From an uncultured Alphaproteobacteria bacterium (GTDB taxonomy: Bacteria > Pseudomonadota > Alphaproteobacteria > RF32 > CAG-239), in the NCBI GenBank assembly GCA_934271465.1, contig CAKQRQ010000007.1, forward strand, positions 14,858 to 78,857: a stretch of 64,000 bases of DNA, given 5' to 3'. The translations under genes and the position numbers were made by a program. The notes under the pieces are model-generated. The model was given only the letters and a program-made list of their open reading frames with translations. It was not told the DNA's origin and ran no database searches. How positions within the stretch are numbered: position 1 is the stretch's first letter; each line of letters starts with the position of its first letter. Shown piece after piece: positions 19,234 through 27,388 of this stretch.

Positions 19234-19450
19234 AAGATAAACCCCTTGGTTGACACATCGTTTCTAGCGTTTAAACCAACGTTTAAACGCTATAGTCATT
19301 TGCAAAAGATTTTGAAAAATGCACTTTTTAAGAGAATCGATAACACGTTGAAAAATAACAAAAAATTAAAATTATTGCTTTTTTAATAATTGGCTGATAT
19401 ACTAAAAATAATAGAGCGTTTAAACGTTGGTTTAAATGCTCTATTTTGTG
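19234..19450. promoter_or_regulatory. Candidate invertible promoter element, copy 1 (coordinates +/-1). Two 28 bp dif-like sites (11 bp arm, 6 bp spacer, 11 bp arm) lie in inverted orientation around a sigma70 promoter.
   Basis: Site a (~19264..19291) is TAGCGTTTAAA-CCAACG-TTTAAACGCTA. Site b (~19414..19443) is AGAGCGTTTAAA-CGTTGG-TTTAAATGCTCT. The arms are palindromic and the spacers are reverse-complementary. Between them, on the + strand, lies TTGCTT-17 nt-TGaTATACT (an extended -10), which points away from the minus-strand gene. Confidence 0.55.
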
Positions 19451-19552
19451 GTTAAAATGTTTTTGTTCAATTTCAATGAGGTAAGACTTAAAACATCATC
19501 AAAATTCACTCCTACGTTGTATAAATTAAGTCCAAAAACCAAACATAGGCAT

Positions 19553-19650
19553 CATCAAACCCAAGCGTAAACCTGCCCTCCCTTTTGTTATCCTCAAACC
19601 CGAGCGTAAGCCATTTCTCTCTTCCGTCATTCTCGTGCCCGAGCGTAAGC
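19553..19650. repeat. Three copies of an 11 bp motif CC[AC]AGCGTAA[AG]C at ~39 bp spacing, plus an imperfect palindrome (cattctcgtg...cacgggaatc)
   Basis: The three copies occur in aaacccaagcgtaaacc, aaacccgagcgtaagcc and gtgcccgagcgtaagcg. The region is non-coding, with no ORF of 60 aa or more. Confidence 0.4.
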
Positions 19651-19940
19651 GAGGAATAGACACGGGAATCCAGGAAACAAAGAAGCTTCTTTATTTCACC
19701 TTGATGTCCGGATCAAGTCCGAGTATGACAAATTTTTACTTTGCAACACAAAATAAAAAGTCTGATATTTGGAGCGGATAGAAACAAAAGCCGACTCAAA
19801 ATGTAAAAAAGGCGGCTAGCGTGCGCAAATAATAAGAACTGAGAAAACCGGCGACGGGAGTGTAGATAAGCCTACATGACCGAGCCGGTCTTCGATTGTT
19901 CTTTATTAGTTGCCAGCTAGACGCCTTTTTTACAGACTTT

Positions 19941-21302
19941 TTACGAGAAGTATGCCTTCAAATACTCCCCTAACTCCTCCACCTTAACACGAATCTGCTG
20001 CATTGTGTCACGATCGCGAAGAGTAACGGTAGCCGGAGAATTTTCAATTGTCTCAAAGTCGACAGTCAGGCACAGAGGCGTGCCGACTTCATCATGCCGG
20101 CGATAGGCCTTTCCGATATTTCCGGTATTTTCCAACGCCACACGGCCAATACCGAGCTTGAGCAAGTTTTGTTTAATCTCATGGCACTTAGCCATAATCT
20201 GCTCATTGTTCTTCTTCAAGGGAATAACCGCAACCTTAATCGGCGCAAGATGTTTCTTGAGTTTTAGGACAATTCGGCTGTTGCCGCCGCCCAAATCTTC
20301 TTCAGTATAGGCTTCTGTCATCACAGCCAGCACCCCGCGGTCAACACCCATAGACGGCTCAATCACAAACGGCACAATATTTTTGCCTTTATCGTCTGTG
20401 ATACACAATTTTTGAGTCGATTCCTTATTTTCGTGGCATTTCGAGGTCAAATTCATTTCCTCTTGGGCTTTGGTATGGTTGCCCAAATCATAATCCGTGC
20501 GGTTGGCGATTCCCTCAAGCTCTTCCATTCCGTGCGGAAACTGATACTCAATATCATAGCACGCTTTAGCATAGTGCGCCAAGTCAGCCTTGGGCGTGGT
20601 GTAGATATTCATATTCTCGCGTTTCAGCCCTTGATCTTCCCACCATTTGATGCGCGCCTCTTTCCAGATTTCGTGCCATTTTTCGTCTTCTCCGGGCATT
20701 ACAAAATACTCAAGCTCCGCCTGCTCAAACTCCCTAACTCTGAAAATAAAGTTACGCGGCGTAATTTCATTGCGGAAAGACTTGCCGATTTGGGCAATCC
20801 CGAAAGGCAATTTGCGCGAGGTTGCATCAACCACATTGCGAAACTGCGTAAAAATGGCCTGCGCTGTTTCCGGCCGCAGATAGCCGAACGACGAACCGTC
20901 ATCAACCGGCCCGATAGCTGTTTTGAACATCAGGTTAAACGGTCTGGGCTCGGTCAAATCAGTCGACCCGCAGTTGGGGCATTTGCCATCTTTGATATGA
21001 TCGGCTCTAAAACGGCCTTTGCACTTTTTGCAATCCGTCATCGGGTCAGAAAACGTGTCCTCATGCCCCGAATAATGCAGCACCTTTTGGTTTGTCAAAA
21101 TAGCGGCATCAAGTCCCTCGACATCGTCCCGCTCATAAACCATAGCACGCCACCAAGCTGCTTTGAGGTTATTTTTAAGCTCAACACCCAACGGACCATA
21201 ATCATAAACGCCTTGCAATCCGCCATAGATATCGGCGTTTTGAAAAATAAAGCCCCTGCGTTTGCACAACGAAACCAATTGATCCATAGATGTTGCAGCC
21301 AT
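19941..21302 (-). CDS. glyQS: Glycine--tRNA ligase (homodimeric alpha2 type, GlyQS)
   Basis: The N-terminus [31 protein letters not shown] is the class II GlyRS alpha2 signature. A C-terminal anticodon-binding domain is present. Confidence 0.88.
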   Translation of the reverse strand: MAATSMDQLVSLCKRRGFIFQNADIYGGLQGVYDYGPLGVELKNNLKAAWWRAMVYERDDVEGLDAAILTNQKVLHYSGHEDTFSDPMTDCKKCKGRFRADHIKDGKCPNCGSTDLTEPRPFNLMFKTAIGPVDDGSSFGYLRPETAQAIFTQFRNVVDATSRKLPFGIAQIGKSFRNEITPRNFIFRVREFEQAELEYFVMPGEDEKWHEIWKEARIKWWEDQGLKRENMNIYTTPKADLAHYAKACYDIEYQFPHGMEELEGIANRTDYDLGNHTKAQEEMNLTSKCHENKESTQKLCITDDKGKNIVPFVIEPSMGVDRGVLAVMTEAYTEEDLGGGNSRIVLKLKKHLAPIKVAVIPLKKNNEQIMAKCHEIKQNLLKLGIGRVALENTGNIGKAYRRHDEVGTPLCLTVDFETIENSPATVTLRDRDTMQQIRVKVEELGEYLKAYFS

Positions 21303-21391
21303 TTTAAAACCTCATGTGTTATAAATTAAAAATTAACTTCTATTCTTTTATAATGATAAATTCCAAAATGCAAGCGGAGATATGAAAAAAA

Positions 21392-22252
21392 ATGACCAAA
21401 TTAACCAAAGTGGCTCTGATTTATGATTTTGATGAAACCCTCAGCACAACCTATATGCAGGACTATATTTTGATTCCGGCATTGGGCGACAAACCGGAAC
21501 ATTTCTGGCAAAAAGCCAACCAATGGTCGCGAGATCACTGCGCCGATCAAATCACCGGAACAATGTATTTTATCCAGCAAACAGCCAAAGAACGCAATAT
21601 TCCGCTAACCAAAGATTTTTTGTGTAACTCCGCGCAAAACATCACCTATTTTGAGGGGGTGGAAGAATGGTTTGACCGGATTAACGCCTATGGCAAAAGC
21701 TTAGGCCTTGAGGTGGAACACTATATCATATCTTCAGGCTTGGAAGAAATAATTTCCGGCACCTCTATCCGCAAGCATTTCAAAGATGTATTCGGGTGTT
21801 CTTATGTTTATGACGACGCGGGCGTGCCCATCTGGCCGGCGCGAATTGTCAACTATTCAACCAAGACGCAATATATCGCCAAAATCAACAAAGGCCTGAG
21901 CAAAACCGAAGACCGCGCCGTGAATGAATATATGCCCGATGATCAGCGCGTTATCCCGTATAAAAGAATGATTTATCTGGGCGATGGAATGACGGACATT
22001 CCGTCGATGAAAATCATCAAAGAAAAAGGCGGAAACGCCATTGCCGTCTACCGCCCCAAAAGCAAACACCGCAAAACCGCCATCAAACTTTTGATGGATA
22101 ACAGGGTCAATTTTGCGCTGCCGGCAGATTATCGGGAAGATTCCGAATTGGATAATGTGGTCAAAACAATCTTGGATAAAATGGCTACCGAACGCGATTT
22201 GGATATTCTGAAAGCCAAAGAAGACAAAAAGAAAATGATTCAAAAAAAGTAA
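21392..22252 (+). CDS. HAD-like hydrolase (haloacid dehalogenase-like, PF12710-type)
   Basis: Motif I is DFDET (ALIYDFDETLS). Motif IV is GDGMTDIPSMK. Confidence 0.55.
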   Translation: MTKLTKVALIYDFDETLSTTYMQDYILIPALGDKPEHFWQKANQWSRDHCADQITGTMYFIQQTAKERNIPLTKDFLCNSAQNITYFEGVEEWFDRINAYGKSLGLEVEHYIISSGLEEIISGTSIRKHFKDVFGCSYVYDDAGVPIWPARIVNYSTKTQYIAKINKGLSKTEDRAVNEYMPDDQRVIPYKRMIYLGDGMTDIPSMKIIKEKGGNAIAVYRPKSKHRKTAIKLLMDNRVNFALPADYREDSELDNVVKTILDKMATERDLDILKAKEDKKKMIQKK

Positions 22253-22437
22253 CGGTGGCTTAAAAAGCAACCATTCTAATTAATAAATCTTCCCAACAAT
22301 ATAGTCTGGAAAGATATTGGACTCAACCATCGGATTTTCCGCACAACGCCAAATAAAAGCATTATACAGAGGGCTACCCTTTGGAGGAACTTCTTCACGT
22401 TCTGCCACGATATACCCTGTCATACCGCCAAACAGAG

Positions 22438-23271
22438 TCAAGCACGTAGCAATTCCGGCTCTTTGTGCCCAAGGATATCTGTTCCGAGAGTATCCCCCAC
22501 CATCAGCATCTTACTGCGGTCAACGTTGACTCCTTGCAGAAGGAAGTCAAAGATCTGCGGATCTGGTTTACCATAAAGATAAACTTTACCGCCCAGAGCC
22601 TGATAGGTCTTAACAATAAGCCCAGGCCTTACAACAAACCGTCCGCCCTCGTTCGCCCGAAGATCTGGATTACAACAAACCATAGGCAACCCGGAAACGA
22701 GACACTTCTTAATCTCTGGGATAAAATCCTCAAGCATTATACGATCCTGATAATTAATTTGAGGAATTCCCGCATAGATAAAGTCCGCCTCGGAAATGTC
22801 TTCGGTCACAGAGTAAATCGTGCCTTTGAACATATCAGGAAGTTTGTCATCCGGTCGTTTGAAGTTGGCAGTCCCAAAGACATACATCTTTGTTCCTTTC
22901 ACCGGCAAAGCCCCTTGCTGAGCAACCTTGTTGCCATACTCACCCGAGGTCATTACCGCATCATAATGAACACCTTTAAGGAGCCCCTTCTTGGCATATT
23001 TAGTTTGCGTATTTACTGCTCCGGCAGAAGAATTAGACAAAATAAGAACCATCTTGCCAGCTTCCCGTAAAGCTTTCATTACTGCAACTGCTTCAGCAGC
23101 AATCCCATCCGAAAAAGTAAAAACGCCATAAGCATCAAGGATAATGACATCATAACCAGACGCAATATCCCAAAATTTTTTGTTCCATAACAATTTAAAA
23201 ATTAGACATAATTTGAAGAAATTAAAGCATAAATGCAAAATAAAATCAAACAAAATTTTCCTCAAAATCAA
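22438..23271 (-). CDS. HAD-superfamily subfamily IIA hydrolase. The listed ORF is truncated by a probable -1 frameshift near its 3' end.
   Basis: Motif I is ILDAYGV. The GDxxxTDIxG motif is MVGDTLGTDILG. The conserved continuation GAQRAGIATCLTLFGG...GKIY* is readable only in the -1 frame, starting in the GGG run at ~22468 and running to a stop at ~22281. Confidence 0.6.
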   Translation of the reverse strand: MILRKILFDFILHLCFNFFKLCLIFKLLWNKKFWDIASGYDVIILDAYGVFTFSDGIAAEAVAVMKALREAGKMVLILSNSSAGAVNTQTKYAKKGLLKGVHYDAVMTSGEYGNKVAQQGALPVKGTKMYVFGTANFKRPDDKLPDMFKGTIYSVTEDISEADFIYAGIPQINYQDRIMLEDFIPEIKKCLVSGLPMVCCNPDLRANEGGRFVVRPGLIVKTYQALGGKVYLYGKPDPQIFDFLLQGVNVDRSKMLMVGDTLGTDILGHKEPELLRA

Positions 23272-23372
23272 AAATTTTAATATAACTCCTTAAAAAACTC
23301 TTGCCTTTATCTTTTTTTTATTCTAAATATATCCCTGCCGATAGAAATATCGACTTTTACCACAATAATCGT

Positions 23373-23447
23373 TGGGGTGTCGCCAAGTGGTAAGGCATCG
23401 GCTTTTGGTGCCGACATTCGTTGGTTCGAATCCAGCCACCCCAGCCA
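23373..23447 (+). tRNA. tRNA-Gln (TTG)
   Basis: The sequence TGGGGTGTCGCCAAGTGGTAAGGCATCGGCTTTTGGTGCCGACATTCGTTGGTTCGAATCCAGCCACCCCAGCCA has a U1-A72 pair, anticodon loop CTTTTGGT (UUG) and an encoded CCA. Confidence 0.9.
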
Positions 23448-23570
23448 CAGTTCAAAAATCGTCAGAAATGGCGATTTTTTCTTTATAAATCAAGTGTTTA
23501 AGCCAGTTCAAAGATTGAGCACTAAATATACATTACACCGGATAATCTTCGAACTACTTCTATCAAAAAT
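23441..23570. repeat. attL-like direct repeat. It covers the 3' end of tRNA-Gln plus ~125 bp downstream and is repeated at 25611..25740.
   Basis: It has about 75% identity over ~130 bp to 25611..25740. Shared segments include ccagccaYagttcaaaaatcg...gattttttctttataaatcaa...atcttcgaactactt. Confidence 0.65.
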
Positions 23571-23703
23571 TTAGCACAATCAAGGTGTTATGAAAATTGC
23601 TTCTTCCTTTTCTTAGTATTCAAAAGAGATCTTATTTTTGTTGCATTAAAAATTTTTAAAACTAATATAGGTTTATATTAAACCAAAAATAAAGGAACTA
23701 TAA

Positions 23704-24540
23704 ATGCCAGGAAAAACAATACAAATATTTTTACCAGATGGAAATCCTAAAGGTGTTAAAAAAGCTTCAATAACTACTGATAAAGTGGAAGTAATTCAAA
23801 TACCAAGAGCCTCCCTTTCTGAAAACAATAAATTGTTGGCGTTTAATGGTGTTTATATTTTAGTTGACAGTCTCAAAGTTGAAAAACCTGAAATTTATAT
23901 AGGTAAAGGTGATGTTAAAAGCAGGACATATTCTCACGATAACAAAAAAGATTTTTGGAATATGCTTTTTGCCATCAGATTAAAAGATGAAACCGGATTC
24001 AATGATGCTCATAACAGCTACCTTGAATACTACTTCGTAAAAAAATCTCATGATCTTAATCAAGCTATCATGAATGAAAACAAACAACTCCCAAAATGTC
24101 CTAATCTCACAGAAGAAATTCTTTCTGAATTATCCTATTATATTCAAACAATTGAAATTCTTTTATCAACATTAGGATTAAAATGTTTTCAGCCCTTGGA
24201 AAATCATGAGAAATCAGAAAAAGATATTTTTGTATGCACTGATAAATATAATAACATCGGTAAAGGGGAATATACTGAAGAAGGATTTTTATTATATAAA
24301 GGTTCCATCTGTAAACTAGAATTGCATCCAGGAACTGATAAGCTATCTCAACGAGATGAAATGATTGCTTCCGGATTATTGAAAAAACAAGGTGGCCATT
24401 ACATTTTGCAAGAAAATAAACTCTTTGCATCCGTATCTTCCGCAGCCGCTATTGTATTAGGTAGAAGAGCCAATGGTTGGCTAGAATGGAAAAACAGCGA
24501 AGGCAAAACTCTTGACGAATTAGAAAGAAAACATTCTTAA
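23704..24540 (+). CDS. GIY-YIG family nuclease with a C-terminal DUF4357-like domain
   Basis: NGVYILVD is followed 14 aa later by EIYIGKGDVKSRTYSH, giving the GIY...YIG core with a following Arg. Downstream acidic and Asn residues fit the motif. A ~60 aa C-terminal domain (ILQENKLFASVSSAAAIVLGRRANGWLEW) is of the type usually fused to such nucleases. Confidence 0.6.
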   Translation: MPGKTIQIFLPDGNPKGVKKASITTDKVEVIQIPRASLSENNKLLAFNGVYILVDSLKVEKPEIYIGKGDVKSRTYSHDNKKDFWNMLFAIRLKDETGFNDAHNSYLEYYFVKKSHDLNQAIMNENKQLPKCPNLTEEILSELSYYIQTIEILLSTLGLKCFQPLENHEKSEKDIFVCTDKYNNIGKGEYTEEGFLLYKGSICKLELHPGTDKLSQRDEMIASGLLKKQGGHYILQENKLFASVSSAAAIVLGRRANGWLEWKNSEGKTLDELERKHS

Positions 24541-24614
24541 GTTCAATATAAAGTGGATTTTATTGCCAAATTTTGTTATAAATGATTATATAACTGCCAT
24601 ATCTATTTTGGTCA

Positions 24615-25454
24615 TCAATAGTTTTTCTTAATCTTTTCAAAAAAAATAAGAGCTTCATCGCTAAGACCAACATTCTTTATATTATGAACAAATTTGAGAC
24701 CAGCATTAAATATTGAATCATCTTTTTTATAAAAATGTTGTAGCAACATATACATATAACGTGGTTCAATTATTTGTTGACCATCAAAATACTTACCACA
24801 GGTAATATGGTAAATTGAACTAGCAACAGCATCTGCAAGGGTTAATAAAACTTCATCTTCTTTTTCTTTAGTATAAATATTTTCTTCTTTAATATTACTA
24901 AGATAATATTTCCATTTTTCTTCTTTTTGCTTATCTCTTCTTACCTTATTGATGTAATGCTTAAATCCTTCCAATGATATAGATTTACTATTTTCAATAA
25001 TAAACAAAGTTTTATCTGGATCAATTTTATTGTAATAAATATATTTACTTATCCTTTCAAAAAGAAAAATAAGATTTTTATGATAATAACTTGTTATGTT
25101 TTTTGGATCATAAGCAAGTTCTCCTTTTTCATCTCTAAGTGTTCTTTTATTTGATATTGTAGCAAATGCTGTAAAATTTGTATTTTTGGATATTGTTTTA
25201 AGGTAAAATAACTTATCATAGTGCTTACTCATATCTGTAAAATGCAATTTTTTAAGTCCTAAAACAGATTTAATGTACGTCAGTTGTCCTTTAATATTTT
25301 CTATTTCTTTCTTCTCAACAAATACGGCACTAATATTTAAAAAATCTTCAGCACCATATCCTTTACCATCAGATAACTTTGTGTATGCGGCATTTCCACT
25401 TTCATCAATTAAAACAAAATATTCATATTGATCATAATTTATTACTTCGGTCAT
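24615..25454 (-). CDS. DUF3800-like protein
   Basis: The N-terminal YEYFVLIDESGN matches the [FY]-x-D-E-S-G signature characteristic of DUF3800. Its size is typical for that family. Confidence 0.5.
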   Translation of the reverse strand: MTEVINYDQYEYFVLIDESGNAAYTKLSDGKGYGAEDFLNISAVFVEKKEIENIKGQLTYIKSVLGLKKLHFTDMSKHYDKLFYLKTISKNTNFTAFATISNKRTLRDEKGELAYDPKNITSYYHKNLIFLFERISKYIYYNKIDPDKTLFIIENSKSISLEGFKHYINKVRRDKQKEEKWKYYLSNIKEENIYTKEKEDEVLLTLADAVASSIYHITCGKYFDGQQIIEPRYMYMLLQHFYKKDDSIFNAGLKFVHNIKNVGLSDEALIFFEKIKKNY

Positions 25455-25610
25455 TATTATTCCTTTATTATTATTTTCAGCAGTTACTTAGTAACTTAGG
25501 ATTTTATTTATCAAAACGCAAGCACCTAGCTTATTTTAAATTAACCCCTGTTTCTTGATACCCTGAAGTCAAAAAAATACTCAACCTAGTCCGCGGATTG
25601 CGAATTCACT

Positions 25611-25740
25611 CCAGCCATAGTTCAAAAATCGCCATTTTTGACGATTTTTTCTTTATAAATCAACAACTTAACCGAGTCCGAAAATTTATATCATTACAGG
25701 CTTAAATACGAATCATCTTCGAACTACTTTTTATAATATT
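25611..25740. repeat. attR-like direct repeat (partner of 23441..23570)
   Basis: See the left repeat. It includes a hairpin AAAAATCG-ccatttttga-CGATTTTTT whose loop is the reverse complement of the loop in the left copy. Confidence 0.65.
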
Positions 25741-26284
25741 CCTTATTTTTCAATAATTTAATTAAAGCCAACCTTTGGGGATAATCATTTATTCAAAGTC
25801 GGATTTGAAACTTTCTTAAAATGAAAGTTTTGGACATTGGCGACGATTTATTTTGCTGATGAAGAAGGTGTGTTATCAGCACAGGGACTGCCTATCCCGT
25901 CTGTGGCTCGGCTACTCCTATCCCATATCCGCCAGCTTGGACGGCTCCCCTCCTGCGGCTAGCTAATCATCAGCCAGTAAACAGCCTCCTTAAATCTGGA
26001 CAAGGCCTTTACGTGCGAGGAGTTAAAATCAGCACAGTTACCTTTAGTAAGAAGCCTAAACAAAAAGAGAAGTCGAAACCTCTCTTTTATAAAGAAACCT
26101 CCAGCCCTTAAGGGCAAGAGGTCTAAATATCATTTTTAAGTATTGAGATTTACTTTAAGCGGTAAGTCCCTTGTTCACCTTCGACTTTTTCAAGCAGATA
26201 AACTCATTATATAATATGCAGCATAACTTAAAGAACTAAATAATATATTTGAAAGTTATACAAACCTTACTAAATTACCGACAT

Positions 26285-26580
26285 TTTGAACTTTAGGATA
26301 TATACTTTCTTACATAGAACAAAACTTTTTATCTACAAGCGCACATCTTTTGAATATATCTCAAAGTTATATATTCTAAACATTTAGAATATATCCAAAG
26401 ATTATAAACAACTATATTTCATATTAATACATTTCAGAATATAGCTGTAAAGATAAAATTTATTATATACTTTAGCCTATATTATAGATACTTTTATCTA
26501 AAAAACAGCATTTTATAACATACCTGAAAGTTATATAAATAGCACCTTAGAATATATTCAAAAGATGTATATTAAAATTT
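26285..26580. repeat. Array of iteron-like short repeats. Class A is TTTAGAATATA(T). Class B is TTTTATCTA-N-A[AC]AG.
   Basis: There are at least 6 class A copies and 2 class B copies in about 300 bp of non-coding, ~25% GC DNA. Examples are catttagaatatatccaaag, cttttgaatatatctcaaag, tcagaatatagctgtaaag and ccttagaatatattcaaaag. Confidence 0.55.
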
Positions 26581-26771
26581 TTGAATAGAGAAGCTAAAAA
26601 GATTGAAAAGTTAATTTATTCAACTTAAGATTTTAATTATAGGAATCTTAACAATACAGCATTGTAAAATCACATCACAAAAAAAATAAAAATATGGAAA
26701 CATTTATAATGAAAGAAAGGTAATATTATGGGACATCAACTTTTTTAAAGGGTGGAGGGAATACAAAATTT

Positions 26772-27197
26772 ATGCTTGATATTTGGGCTAAAAGAGGAAT
26801 TATTTCATTACTAAAAGAGGCATATGAACGGGGCACTATTCTTTCAGGATTAAGTGCCGGTGCAAATTGTTGGTTTGATTGCTTTAGCTCAGACTCATTT
26901 TTAAGCGATGCGGATAAACAAGATTTCAATATTGCAAAAGAAAAATTAGCCATACTCAATGGACTGGGATATCTTAAAGGTGCGTTTTGTCCTCATTATT
27001 TGTTTGAAGCTTATAGACGCCCGGCATTTCTTTATCAAATTCAAAGGTTGAATATTACTGCTTATGGTGTAGATAATAATGTAGCTTTAGTCTTTGTTAA
27101 TGAAAAATTGAATAAAGTTATAAAAAGCCAACCTTTGGCTAAAGCGTTTAAAATTATATGTGAAAACGGAAAAATAATAGAAAAAGAAATTTATTAA
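26772..27197 (+). pseudogene. N-terminally truncated peptidase S51 (dipeptidase E-like) gene fragment
   Basis: ILSGLSAGANCWFD matches the S51 nucleophile elbow (G-x-S-A-G). It is only 141 aa against ~230 aa for intact S51 enzymes. A stop lies immediately upstream, and the fragment is flanked by repeat arrays. Confidence 0.5.
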
Positions 27198-27249
27198 TAG
27201 GGAATGCCTGTTAAAATTATCCCATAAGATTTTTTCAAATATCACCTTT

Positions 27250-27365
27250 CAGAAAAGATATACACTTTAGATTATACAACAAACCCTTTTATCTATACAG
27301 TTACAACTTTAGAATACGTCCTAAGGTTATATATATTAGACCTTTAGGTCATATCTTTTATATTC
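27250..27365. repeat. Second cluster of the same iteron-like repeats, on the other side of the S51 fragment
   Basis: It contains cactttagattataca, ccttttatctatacag and caactttagaatacgtcctaagg, matching repeat classes A and B. Confidence 0.5.
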
Positions 27366-27388
27366 AGATAATAAGCATCAAACAGCTT

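Larger units (their letters stand above)
23448..25740. mobile_element. Small tRNA-Gln-associated genomic islet (~2.3 kb), very AT-rich, carrying two convergent genes and no integrase
   Basis: It is flanked by the direct repeat of the tRNA-Gln 3' end and downstream sequence. The right end keeps a degenerate tRNA 3' fragment (cgaattcactccagcca). Its base composition is visibly lower in GC than the flanking core genes. Confidence 0.55.

Noticed and set aside
19700-19940. Possible small RNA (SRP or 6S-like) suggested by a long-range GGCGGCTAGC...GCTAGACGCC pairing followed by a T run
   Set aside because: There are no conserved SRP domain IV or 6S features, only one imperfect 10 bp pairing. I cannot distinguish it from a chance stem next to the glyQS 3' end.
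26285-27365. CRISPR array suggested by repeated TTTAGAATATA units
   Set aside because: The repeats are only about 11 bp long, degenerate and irregularly spaced. There are two interleaved motif classes and no cas genes nearby. This is iteron-like, not CRISPR.
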